Shown: piece by piece, positions 10,860 through 23,896 of the stretch
Layout of the letters: every line of letters starts with the position of its first letter
How positions within the stretch are numbered: position 1 is the stretch's first letter
Assembly (NCBI GenBank): GCA_043228905.1
Contig: JBHGNT010000020.1
Span: 10,292,001 to 10,356,000, forward strand
DNA from: Azolla caroliniana
Taxonomy: Eukaryota > Plantae > Polypodiophyta
Reading direction: 5' to 3'
Length of the DNA stretch: 64,000 bases
Notes under the pieces: generated by a model
What the model saw: the letters and a program-made list of their open reading frames with translations, nothing else
Database searches by the model: none
Told to the model about the DNA's origin: nothing
Program-made: the position numbers and the translations under genes

Positions 10860-13800
10860 TAGGTTGATTGCATTGTGCATTGTGTGATTTGTGAACTCTG
10901 AATGAGCTATCCCCATTCAATTCATCAACCAATATGAAAACCAGAGGCCATCTGAAAAAGAAAGAGGGCCTATCTCATAGACAATGTATGACAAAATTTG
11001 AGCGGGTCCATATATGAAGAGATACTTTATTGTGTACATATATGGAATTGTTACTTCTATCACCATCTTCATTACCATCATCCCTTTGATTTTTATTTTT
11101 AAACAAGTTAGGTGGATTTGTGTTAATAATGTTTGATGTCCCAACATGCAACATGCACCAACTTTCATACTCTTATCACCAAATTTAATACAATACATTA
11201 TTTACAAGAACACTACAATGTGACATGCTACTATTGCAATGCTTCCACTTGTCAAATTGATGAGTCAAGCTAAGAGGAAAATTGTTTGAAGAAGAGATTA
11301 TTTGCCAACATGCAAAACGATGAATACACTGATGAAAACTATGAACCAAATTATTGCATTTAAACAATTACTCCCAACGTCCAAATCCAAGCTTCTTAAA
11401 GCAATAGATCCTTCTCTAGAAGTGCTAAAAACCACTAGATTTTACAAGATCATATAAGAAGGAAAATGTGCCTCACTTTCATATCTACAAAGATAATAAC
11501 AAATGATAGAATCTATTTGTCTCATGTTTCCTACTTTTCAAAGTCTCAATGATCTCATCTTGATGCTCATTTCATAGCTTGTATGATTGATACATACGTT
11601 GTAAATGAATTTTCACAAAAATTCAATGAATTGCCTTCCTTTACCCCTATGATTGATTTAGAAAGATTTAATGGAAAGAATGGTTTCCTTCTTTCATATG
11701 ACTAATAAGTATATACATGTTCCCCATGCTTCTTCTTCGTCTTCTTTCAATCTTGCAAAGTTGCAACAATAACCATTAAGTTACAATAGCATCACAACAC
11801 TCATTATTGCAATCTTTTGTCTTGTTACCTTTTACTTCAAGTTTGTTGAGTTTTGCTTTAATTCAAGGTTTATCACAATACCCGTATGATGTTTAACTAA
11901 AATTTCTCAACCTTCATACACTCTCCTATTTTTGCTTTCGTGCTAGTTTCAACACATGTGATCACGGCCTTCAAACTTTGCATGCTAAATTCAGAATTAT
12001 ATATAAATATATGTAATGTATGTGCATGTGCTTGGGTATGGGTGGTCAATAATTGCTACTTATGCTTTAAAAGGGAGAGGGGGGGGTTGCCAGGAATCAT
12101 TATGTCACTCATTTGATGATTATACCCATTTATTTGAGGCTCTTAGGAATGTCTCTCCTCGCGACAATTAGAGATTCTATAAGTCTCATTTTGATTCATT
12201 TGATTAAACTGTCAAATTAGTTGCCAAATGATAATCGATAAGAAACCTCTTTCCATGTTTTGGTGTATAGGTGGAATCCTCGGTCAATATAAAGCCTACT
12301 TAGGTAATTCCCACTCTAATGGGGTTCTTAATACTATGTAGGTAACATGAAACTTGATGTGATGCAATATTAAAGCTACTTTCAATGTTGTATGTTTTTT
12401 AAGAAGAAAATAACTCGTGATCTCACAATATTAAATGTTTGTACATTGTTTGCAATGCCAACCGACATGATGCACTATTAAGTCTCTTTTAATGTTGTAC
12501 ATTTTTGACAAAGAAAGTAACGAACACGACATAGGAAAATAAGAAAATAAGCCGCAAACCAGTTCCTTGCAATCTTGAGATATATCTAAAATGACCACAT
12601 TCTACACATACTACCCATATTATCTTCAAACATATTTACATACAATAGAATGGTGTTTTTTTAATCTCCCACAAGGACACCAATTTTGACATATGGGATC
12701 AAATAAACATATCATCTTGTATGTGATTCCTTCCTAACAAGGGGGTGTTACTACTCCGAGTAGAAACTCTCTACCTGAAAATAATCACACACATATGCTC
12801 ACCCTTCATGGTGGGGATTTGAGTACAATACTTCAATTATTATGTCAGTTTAACAAGTCTCATGAATTACTTGATATGTTGAGCAAGTGAGAAATTAGTG
12901 TTATTCATCCTCCACTAGGTTTTCATTGCACACATTGTATATGCAATGATTTCATGAAGCTACCTTAGCACCCAACTTGTGTGACCGAGTTTGAAGAAGT
13001 GTTAAGGCTCTATGAAAGCCAAGGCTCATGGGGGTCGTAAGATGTGGTTGTATTCGTGGAATTTTAGTCTTGTAAAGGGGCCAACATTGGTGATTAATGT
13101 TCACAATGCAATATTCCAAATTTGACATTTTTGCATCTTGTATCATATGTATAGCCTCTAGAAATCTATCCCCATATTGTAATGTTTTCCATTTGTATTT
13201 TATTATATTGGACAATGTCTAAGTTTTTGGTTGCAATGTGCAAATATAAGGGCTAGTGGTTTGTGTCTTGTGACATTGATTCAATTTTGAATAAATTTGC
13301 TATGGATGCATCACATTATTTCACCAATATATAGTCAACAACATGTCCTCCTAAGGTTGGAAGACATGGCACAACATTTGTCATTGAAAACACTTGGGTA
13401 CCACTAAGAATCTTCAAGTTTGTGCAATTGAGCATCTATTTGAGAAGCCTACTAGAATTAGACATAATACAATCTTCTGAGTCGTGTGTCGAATCTAGTT
13501 AAAATGTTGATAAGTTCCAACTCTAGCAATTAAAATCTTCCATGACCAACACTTTTCCTATCTTCTCGTGCATAGTTGGACTTTCTATGAGGAATGTAAT
13601 AGCATGCCAAATAAAGTTGATCTTTACATTGGTTACTTCAACCTACATATATCTTTTGCATTCATCATACTTACATACTCATATGTAGTTTTCCAAGCCC
13701 TCATGAAAAATACCTACATGCCACCACTAGTGCTCACCCAATATTAGTTCTAGTGATAGTGAATAACTTGTTACCTTCTACACTATTCAACAATGCTTAA

Positions 13801-14520
13801 AGCAACTAACAATAGTTACCTTGTGACCAAATCCATGATCATATTGTGTTTAGTAGGATGTTATATCTCATACTCTTGTGGTATATTGACTGGGAGGTGG
13901 GGTTACTACAACAAAGTTAGAGGTATTTTTATTTTTGCAACGTGGGGAGGAGGTGGGTGCTTCGAAACAGCTTAAAACCCAACTTATGTGTAGTTGTATG
14001 CATCAATAACAATTAGTACAACTTGTCTTGGGTTATACATAACTATGTTTATGCACAAAGAGCATATAAACCTCAATGGATGATTTCCAACAACACAAAA
14101 TGTCTTTTTTTGTGATGTGACACAATGCAAATTTCAGAACTCACCATGATTTAGAAAATTTGAAGGTCTTACTATCTTTATCCGCAAACTTAAATGAGTA
14201 AAATTTATCATATGGCCCACTTGTATCTTTGTTTTTGTATATAAAAAAAGCTCATTGTTATTCAAATCATCAAAACAATGTTTACTTTCAGCAAACAAGT
14301 TCTCAAGAAATGTTCTTTATTATCAGCCACTATTTAATACATTACCGTCAAAGAGATGCGCAATAAGGTCAAGATCTTGAAGGTACATGTGATTGTACTT
14401 CTCTAGTATGCCCACAATTATCCAATAATATATATCTATATTTAAGGAGTCATAACACTCCAAGTATTGCTCTTGAACACCATATTGTAGATTATCAAAC
14501 ATTTGCATGATAATCAATCA
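10860..14520. mobile_element. Old degenerate repeat or transposon-like region between PPR and CHI, class unresolved
   Basis: AT-rich, fragmentary minus-strand ORFs with no recognisable host domain and no splice pattern. Confidence 0.25.
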
Positions 14521-14881
14521 CTCTCCTTGTCTCCTAGGAACTATCCAAGCTAGGCTTGCTTTTTGAAAAGCTAAAAGTTGGAAGAAAGAAATCGGGGTCA
14601 ATCAATGTTCATGTTTGAATACAACTCTAATCATCTTTCATTTTTTATTTTTATTTTCCAAAAATCATCTTTCAAATATTTTACATTCAATTAAAAAGCA
14701 ATGATAATACACATACATATGTTAAGGAAACATAAAAGCCAAATGTGAATCAAGTGATGAAGGGATATGAGGCAAAGACAATTCTCAATCCTTACGCTAA
14801 CAAATGTTTATTCACTTGAAGTTCATTCAAAAGTCTGTTAACTTAAAGTTTATTTAAATGCTTGCATATGGGACGAGGCAT

Positions 14882-15135
14882 ACATTATACTCAATCAAAA
14901 ACACTAAAATAATCGTCCAAATCATCAACCACGGTTAGAAATCATGCATTTTCATGTTTAATCTACTTTAATTATAAGATCATTATTCTGGGTCAAAACG
15001 TAAAGTAACTCTCCAACTTTTCATCACATTATACTCAATTGAAAACATTAAAATAATCCACACCTTTAACCATGCTTAGAAATCATGCATTTTCTTGTTT
15101 AATCTACTTTAATTATAAGATCATTATTCTTATTC
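14882..15135. repeat. Direct duplication, ~145-bp period x2, downstream of CHI
   Basis: ACATTATACTCAAT...AGAAATCATGCATTTTC.TGTTTAATCTACTTTAATTATAAGATCATTATTCT occurs at ~14882 and ~15026. Confidence 0.85.
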
Positions 15136-15700
15136 AAAAACATAAAGTACCAACTTTCCATGATACATTCTTTAACTGTCACATATTATTGCTTACACAA
15201 AGTTTGTTCATTCCACATTTATATTTACTTAAACGTTTGCTCATTCCCGAACGTTGGCATACAGCTCATTTAACACATTGTCGTTTAAGTTCATTCACAC
15301 CTTTTTTAATTCAAAGGTTTACTAGATGCACTAAACACTGCATCCATAGTCTATAGATAAGACTGTGTTACTTTATCAAGCGACATGAAATAGTTTGCTC
15401 ACATGATAAGAGAGAAAAATGAAAAGAAGATATTTGTATTCAATGCAGCAATTCATATTTGTTCTTTCCATGTGGAAGAAAACATAGCATGGCAGTTATT
15501 TTATTTTACATAAAAAGATAAGTAGGCCAACACTTCGTTTTTTCTCCCCTAGATTCTCCTACTTGAAACCCATTTATACTTGATCTGGCTTCTTGTTTTT
15601 GTTTTCTTTCCTATTCTCTACAAACCAAAAGAAAATATAGTTTCTGATGAAGAATGTTTAGCAAAGACAGATTTTTCTCCCTCCCCATGAATAGCTTTTT

Positions 15701-18700
15701 TTAGACAGTGAAATGCTTAGACAATCTTTCTGCAAGAGACACTTTCGCTGCAGGGGATACTCCATCTTTCCAAATGATAGTTGCAAGAACAGCTGTGGCA
15801 AAGGATTCATCTTCAATCACGGCAATTGGCTTTTCCGGAATACGATTATCCTTTGTGAAGGCAATCTGAGGCACAATATCCATACACACAATAAGTAAAT
15901 CCTACACAAAATTTGTCAAGTCCATATATATATATATAGCAAAACATTTTATTATACCATAGATATATAACACCACAGTTTTAGTTTTACCATACATATA
16001 AACACTTCGCATATCACCAACACAATTTGTTATAGCATTGATACAATCAGTAAATCACCAAACACAATTTGCTATAGCATAGATACAATCAGTGCAGATG
16101 AAGTACTAACTAGGGAAGTTCCAAGGGGAATTATTTCTTGCTGTGTAAAATGAGAATAAAAGCAGTTCTGAGAAAAGATAATTGTTTTGCGGCAATTGGA
16201 GAGAGGCCTGCAGAGATAACTGACAACAGCTTCCTAACAAAAGCATAGCAGTGTAGCACGATTTGCATTCAATGCCTCAGTAAAAGATGAAAGAATGAAT
16301 AAACTTTAGACAAAAATACTCGGGAAAAGAGAACTTATTAAAGGGAAAAAAAAAACAAATTATGAATACTGACAAGATCTATATATATGATTGAGTAACA
16401 TATGCAGAGACGAGCACGAAAACGTATGGCTATTCAGTGCTATGCCCAAACAAAAAACAATTTAAAATAAGAACTTAAGCTTTCCTAGTTGAAGAGGCGA
16501 TGCTAAAATAAAAAACAAAAACCAAAAACATCAATGAGAGTATTGTTTTTGTTTCTGTTATTTTTTACCTTCAATCCTTCTTTTGAGAATGAGAATAGTA
16601 CAGATGATCTAGGAGGAAAGTTCTCTTCCTTGAAGGTCTCTAGAAATTTCTGCTTGTGTTCTTCTTGCACTTTTGTGGTATATTCTTGAACACCAATTCG
16701 CTCGATAACTTTCTCAGAATACTGAATTCCAGTGAGAGGAACAAGGAAGACAACTCGCACAAACTTCTCGAATGGAGCTGATAAAACAAGATACCATGTA
16801 TAAAACCATGGATAAGTTGGAAAACACCAGTATATGCTTGATTCAGACATATCATATAAGCTTGATTAAGAAGTATCAGATTAACTTGATTCAGAAGTTT
16901 CAGATGAGCTTTAATTGGAAAACACCAAACAAGCATTAGACATGCCCTTTTATTGTAATATTATACCGTAGTATAGATCCACCAATAGATAAACTAAAAA
17001 ATAGCAGATGATCTTTATTGCAAACGTATCAAACGAGCCATATTTGCATTGTTTCCTTCAATAGTATAGAAATTTTGTCCATAGAAATGCATCGAATTGA
17101 GATATGAGAGAAAATATACTCACAAACCATTGCTGATGGATAAATTGAATAAGAGCATGAGCTTGAGGCATGCCCTATTAGCATTGTTTCTTTCATAAAC
17201 AAAACTTTAGGCAAATAGACAGAGAGGAGGTCAGATGAATTTCTAGAAATAAATGCACTGAAATACCTATGAGCTTCTTGAACAAAGCTTGCAAAAACAT
17301 TTCAAGTGGATGAGTTTCCAAAAAAACAGATCACTTCTATTGGCATTAAATTCTGCACAGAAAACCTCTGGACCAACATAAAAACTTGCATAACGTTATC
17401 GACAAAAACATGCATTGCAGTAAAAACTAGAGGTAGGCTGCTGGAGGCTGGTACTGAGCTTCCAAACCATTACCAATGGATGAATTCGAAAGTTACAGAA
17501 AGACTTATACACTACTTACATCACAGATTACACACTAATTTAGAAATGTCAGATTGATGACATTATTCCTCACAATATATCTGGATGTAACTACTAATCA
17601 AAATCTTTCCAAAGACATGTAACATATGATATTTAGGAGCTACTTTCATGCAGGTTTCATTCTTTTATTAACAAAGAAAAACTTATATGACCACAGTATT
17701 TAGGGTGTTAAATACTAACCTATAAGTAATTCTTCAAATATCAACTCTTTCTCACAAAGCTCATCCACGGATTTCCCAGCAAGCTTAGGGGCCAGATGAG
17801 GAACAACTGCCGTATCTACATATATACCAATGGCAGTGAATTTGATGAAATTACCATTGATTTCCATGCCTCTGGCACCTGTGAAAGGTAGTTAAATTAT
17901 AATCCAAAACTGTGTAACTTTGAATTGAAAAAAGAGATCTCCCATCGTTCCATTATATTATAAAGACACAACTATTTTGTATGCCTATGTCAGGACATAG
18001 GTATTGCATATTGAATTGTTGAAAGGGATCATATTGTTCCATTGTATATATGGACACAATCACCATTTCACTATGAAAGGAACTAATTTATGTCATATTG
18101 AATTGAATAAAGTGAAGAAGGTGATCACATTGTTCCCTTAAGTAGAGAGAGACTTTCGCATCAATTCACTGTTTCCTCATATAAAACATTATTATTGAAT
18201 TATAATGAATTTAAGACCACGATTACATTGTTTGACTGTATAAAGAAAATTATTTCATTATATAGGGACATAATTATTGTTGAATCACGTTGAAAGTGAG
18301 AACATATCACATCGTTTGATTACATAAAGACATAATTAAGTGTGTAACAATTAAATATCTCATCTTTTGAAGAAAGGGATCTAGGATTATGTGAAGATAC
18401 AATTATTTCGAATAACAGGTTCATTGATTTCCTTAATATATAAGACAATAATCATTGCATACTGAAATGAAGTACGTAACGATTGCAACCTTGCATTAAC
18501 ATAGAGACAACATAGCTAGTTTGTAATGAAACACAATGATATACCAGCTCCTCCTAATCCAAGAGACTGTGCGGATCCAGGTGGAACAATGGAAGAAGCG
18601 AAATCGGTCCCGTCTACTTCCAAGCCATCAAACTCAAGGACAGCCACTGAAGAAAGGTAAGGACGAGTTTCAATATGTGTATTAGAAACACCATCAGACT

Positions 18701-19301
18701 AATATAATGAATCATGAAAACTGCAAGTTATATATTTTTACATGGTTATATGAAGATATCATTAATATTACGGAAGAGAAAAGGAAACATTACATGAAAG
18801 ATACAATGATTAGGGAAGATGTTGTGAGGCGTTAGATGAAGATACAACAGTTGAGGAAGATAGATGAAGCATTATATGAAGACACGGAGATTAAGGAACA
18901 GAAAAAGAAGCATTGCGTGAAGATATACAGACTAAGGAAGAGAAAATGAAGCCTTATTGAAAGTTTTCATGGAAGACGAAATTAGGCATTATATGCAGAT
19001 ATGATGGTTAAAGGAAGATAATACAGTGACGTTTATCGAAAAGAAGGCATGCGCGATTGCGGAAGATAATAAATTGACGAAGCACAATGTAAGACATGGC
19101 AATTGGATCAGTGAAGAAGAAGAAAAATGCGATGGAGGGAGCGGGGCGGAGGCGGTATAGTAAATGTAAAGCATTGAAGAAGAAGAAGAAATATGCGATG
19201 GAAGCAAGGAAAGAAGAAGAAGAAGAAGAAGAAGATGGAGAAATAAATGATTAAAAGAAGAGAAATCGGTGAAGAAGGAGATGAGCGGGAATGTACTCAC
19301 T
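15701..19301 (-). CDS. CHI: Chalcone isomerase (CHI-fold), ~211 aa. Coding exons: 19301 (1 nt), 18646-18545, 17878-17720, 16777-16569, 15865-15701
   Basis: Spliced product MAVLEFDGLEVDGTDFASSIVPPGSAQSLGLGGAGARGMEINGNFIKFTAIGIYVD...APFEKFVRVVFLVPLTGIQYSEKVIER...FPPRSSVLF...AVLATIIWKDGVSPAAKVSLAERLS. All introns are GT-AG with consistent phase; total 636 nt. The start exon is less certain than exons 2-5. Confidence 0.93.
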
Positions 19302-19680
19302 GCTGCTGCTGCTGCTGCTGCTGTTTCCGCAGAAGACGATGACGAAGGGGAAGAAGAAGAAGAAGAAGAAGAAGAAGACGATGATGGAGATGGAGATGGA
19401 GATGGAGATGGAGATGGAGATGGAAATGGAGATGGAAATGGTCTGAGCTCCTGCTGCTGTTGCAGAAGAAGACGAAGACGAAGACGAAGATGAAGGTGTA
19501 ATTTAGGTTAGGAAGGGAGGCAACGTGTGTGTACACCGTACATAATAAGTAGAAGGAATGAGAAGAACGAGGCAATGAATGCAGGGCCTCCTCCCATCAG
19601 AAGTCCGTGTGGTGGGATTAACTGAGGGAAGTCTGAGTCTGCGTTCGTTGCCCACGAGACAACTGTGCGCTCGCGCACGC
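19301..19680 (-). other. Probable CHI exon 1 (5' UTR), rich in microsatellites
   Basis: (CAG)n, (TTC)n, (TCCATC)n and (TTCGTC)n tracts ending in a strong GTGAGT donor at 19300, downstream of (CT)n tracts at 19689-19815. Confidence 0.6.
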
Positions 19681-19683
19681 GAC

Positions 19684-19684
<1 letters not shown>

Positions 19685-19729
<45 letters not shown>

Positions 19730-19788
19730 CGTCCACCAAAACAAAAGAAAGAGTCTAGTCCCCAGAGACACAAAAGGAAGGAAAGTAG

Positions 19789-19819
<31 letters not shown>

Positions 19820-20765
19820 CGTCCACCAAAACAAAAAGAAAGAGTCTACGTCCACAAACACAAATGGAAGGAAGGTAGGAAGTAACGCCCAACCGAACCG
19901 AACCGAACCGCGAAACCGCAGCTTAACGGTTTTCAAACAGTTCGGTTCGCTTCAGGTTCAGGTTTTTTAAAACGGTTCGGTTCGGTTTTAACAGTCAGAA
20001 ACCGTGGTTTAACGTTTTTCTTTTTAAATTTAAAACATTATTTTTAAACAATCTTTTCATTTTTTAGACCTTATTCTCACATTTTAGGTTTTAAGAGTCA
20101 AAAACCGTGGTTTAAACGGTTTAATGGTTTTTTTTTAATTTAAAAATTTATTTTTAAACAATCTTTTCATTTTTAGACCTTATTCTCACATTTTAGGAAC
20201 ATCTTTAAAATTTACAAAATTTTAGGAACATTTTAGGTTTTAAGAGTCAAAAACCGTGGTTTAAACGGTTTAATGGTTTTTTTTTTTAATTTAAAAATTT
20301 ATTTTTAAACAATCTTTTCATTTTTAGACCTTATTCTCACATTTTAGGAACATCTTTAAAATTTACAAAATTTAAAATAATGAGATATTATAAATTTTTT
20401 AAAATTTTAAAATTTGACCTAAGTTGAAAACCGAAACCGAACCACGAAACTACGGTTTTTATGGTTTAATGGTTTGAAAAATGTTTTAACAGTTCGGTTC
20501 AGGTTTCAAAAAAATAAAACAGTTTGGTTCGAAACTGGTTCGGTTTTGACCCTCTCAAACTGAACCAAACTGTTGCCGATTGTTAGTAGGAAGGAGGGAG
20601 AGAGAGAGAGAGTCAGAGTCAAGAGACACGAAGGAAGGAAGGTAGGAAAGGAAGGAATAAATGAAAAGAGTCTAGAGACCATAAGGAAGGAAGATAAAGG
20701 AAGGAGTGAATGAAAAAGAGTCTAGAGACATAAGGAAAGGAAAGGAAGGAGTATATGAAAGGAGG
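19685..20765. repeat. GA-rich degenerate tandem repeat in the CHI promoter, interrupted by a hAT element
   Basis: (GA)n-GTCAGCGTCCACCAAAACAAAA.GAAAGAGTCTA occurs twice (19690-19880). Related GAGTCTAGAGAC..AAGGAAGG units resume at 20600-20765. Confidence 0.7.
19883..20585. mobile_element. Non-autonomous hAT-type element, 703 bp, with internal tandem repeats
   Basis: Perfect 8-bp TSD GTAGGAAG (19875-19882 / 20586-20593). Right end revcomp TAACAATCGGCAACAG resembles the TIR of the 1394-1614 element; the left TIR is reduced to TAAC. AACCG/CGGTT arrays; three internal repeat copies at 19990-20370. Confidence 0.85.
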
Positions 20766-20879
20766 AAAGATTCCGAGAAATATCATGAATCCTATATCAT
20801 GTTGAAAACATGTGATGGACAGTTGGGTTAGTGTGTGGATGGACGGATGGATGGATGGACAGACATGCCTTGCCTTGCC

Positions 20880-22200
20880 TTACAAAATCAAAATCGGCGT
20901 ACGTACAATATAAACAAAGAATAGGTCGGGACAATGCAAAAACGATCCCACCACCAAGACCACCTCTGTCACGCAATTAGAGAGACCATTGGTGATGATG
21001 TTATCACGCCAACTCCGAAGCAAATTGACAGTACAACATGACATTATTAGGGCCGAGTTCACTTTACCCACGATGTTAATAGAGGCACTTTTTCAACTTG
21101 GAGTCTTTATCTACAAGATATATAGCCAACCACGTGATAGAATATCCCATCAAGCCTTTAAGGCCTCTCGATCATTGTATGAGTCTGGTTATACTAGCTC
21201 ATGGTATGGCATGATAGTGAGTTGGCTTCTTGCGAACAATCCAAACATTAATAACCTCCCTCCCCTTAGGTACAACCACGCGATTGATAACACTTTAATC
21301 TCTCATGAGGACCGCAATAAAGTAATACGTCAAGAAATATGACAAATTTACACTCGGTATAAATGGATTACTCCACTAGAGCCACTCCCATCTAAAATGT
21401 TGTACTATAATGAACACTTCATGCACTTCTCTATGTTAGGTTTTATTACGTGGCCCAAATATGTAGACGTATTCTTACCACATGCACTAAGGGTTGCCAT
21501 TGGACAACTTGGAATATCATCTCACCAAATTGAGATTGAGAATGGTCATACTAATGGAGTCCCTAGGGAGGAAAGAATATGCAGGTTATGCCACATAGAG
21601 ATAGAGGATGAGTACCACTTTACATGCAAGTGTCCCACCTACGCCGAGATAAGGGCAAAATACCAAGACAAACTTGGTTCCTCTCCCACCCTCCCCAAAC
21701 TATTAGATACTCTAGATATAAAGAAAATAGGCAGATACATCCTCGAGCTAAAACAACACAGAGAGAATAAGTTACAAAATGCTGACAATAATGTTGCTAA
21801 TGTTCACCAACATGTAACAAATGAAGTTTTTCAGGAACAGGGGGAGACAACGAATGTCAACACACTTGCACCACTCGGCCTTTTCCTTGATGAAGCAGAA
21901 AACCAAAGAAGAACCAAACACCCTCGGATGTCAGATTTCAAAGCAACTCGATGTGGTGTAGAAGCAATAAAGAAAATAAGGGAATGTGAGCTACACCGCC
22001 TAGAAGCCATGGTTGGGGCACTCTATACACTGAGACCATGGGTCACACCCACACCAAAACCCTTTGAGCTCTCACTTCTTTTCGAGAGGCTTGGATGGAA
22101 ATTAAATTAGGCTTACTGCAAAGTCACTTCCTTTTATCGAGTATACCATGTTTTGTACACTACTAGAACTCTTTTAGCTTAAGTCCCATTTTTACTTTAT
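20880..22200 (+). mobile_element. 5'-truncated non-LTR retrotransposon (3' part of ORF2, disrupted)
   Basis: ORFs 20989-21342 and 21397-22110 contain LGISSHQIEIENG...PREERICRLCHIEIEDEYHFTCKCPTY, a C-terminal Cys/His motif typical of LINE ORF2. The RT core is absent. Confidence 0.8.
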
Positions 22201-22338
22201 TTTATTTTAGTTCTGATGATTGGATAAATACCCATTTTGTTGTAAACCAACTGTCTAATGGGCCAATTTTGGCCTTAGAAGACGTTAACATATCTTTCTT
22301 TCTTTCATTCTCACCCATGGACTTGGTCCATGTGCTAT

Positions 22339-22378
<40 letters not shown>

Positions 22379-22694
22379 TTGGCATATGCGAAATGCTTTT
22401 ATATTTGATGAACAAAGGGGAGTACATCGTTATGTGTTGAGATTGAAAGGGTTCCTTTTATGGCAATTTTCATTGTTGGAGATGTCAAGCATATTCAATC
22501 ATAAAGAGAAACAAGTATGTAAGTTACTTGGACATCACATTCGTCATTTGGTCTGCTAAGAAAGATTAGGGGATGTTGAGAGACATATTCATGGTAATGT
22601 TATGAATATGTATCTCTCTATGTATGTAAAGATGACTAACAAGTTGTAATATGGGTTTTTTTTACATGCAATTAATATAATTGTGTGATTTTAC

Positions 22695-22725
<31 letters not shown>

Positions 22726-22888
22726 GAGAGAAAGAGATTAATGTGTGTGAGCGATGGATAGATAGAGAGAGAGAGAGGCCAATATTGACTCATAGGACCT
22801 AAGTACAAAACTTATCTTGACATGTGTCTCCTTCTTAAGAGAGGCCATTATTGATCTATTGGACTTAATTACAAAAGTTATCTTGATG

Positions 22889-23102
22889 CATAGTACGTAA
22901 TATACTCGAATGTATCAGCAAACATTCTTTTTCGTACGAATGCAAACGAATGGGCATGTTATCAAAAAATTCTTATGTTTTATTTACACTTTTTACCTTA
23001 ACTTTCTTACCTTAAAAAAATGAATATAATAGTATGGTATTTACCATACTTCAAGGGTGTTTACCATACTTGAATGCGAATGCACGTATGGTTCATACTA
23101 TG
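22889..23102. mobile_element. Non-autonomous hAT-type MITE, 214 bp
   Basis: TIR CATAGTA...TACTATG; perfect 8-bp TSD TCTTGATG (22881-22888 / 23103-23110). Confidence 0.8.
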
Positions 23103-23896
23103 TCTTGATGTGTGTCTCCTTCCTCAAAAGGGATATTCATGCTTTGAAGCACCAAGTCTTGATGTGTGAATAAGGCATACATATATGAGCTCAACCTTCT
23201 AGGTATGAGTTCTTGAGGTATTGGGGGCTATGGTTCAATTGGAATATGTGGAATGTCTTCATTTTTTATTCACAAGTTGGGGTGAGAAAATATGTTCTAA
23301 AGTTAAAAGGACTTCTTTTGTGGCAATTGACAGTGCTAGAGAAGTCATGAAATCTCAACCAAGAAGAGGGAGAACTCTGCAAGGTCACATATCATCATAC
23401 TCGCCATTTGAATTGGTGTGTAGGGTGGCATTGAGTTTGGTGTCGTAGTATTCTTTAGATCCCTAGATAGAATGGTTCTATACTTTGTAGTAAGTTAATC
23501 ATGGTGGTGTTTTTTTCTTTCGTAATGAAAGCCATTATTTACGAAAGAGAGAGAGTGGAGTGGGGAAGAAGAAGAAGCAAATTTGTTTTTGTTGCTGCAC
23601 TCTCTATCGGCAACAGAATTTGACACAAAGACAAGCGTTGGAAAGCCCCCGATTAGGGCTTCGCAATGAGATATAGAAAGTTTAATTTGGTGGTTTGTAT
23701 TAAACGCAACAATTGAAAGTATGGATCGTGTGTTGTTAGCATACACATACTCAACACACATTGTGGGCCTCCTATTATCTTCGATCTCTTCAATCAGGTG
23801 AGTTTTGGTTTTCTCTCTTGTTCATGGAAAATTGTTTTTATCCCGGATCAATATCACATCAAGAATAATGGATATAAACATGCATTTCTCATAAAT

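Noticed and set aside
18989-19970. Low-complexity ORFs (poly-E/D, poly-L, ERERER)
   Set aside because: Microsatellites in the CHI intron, leader and promoter; no domain content.
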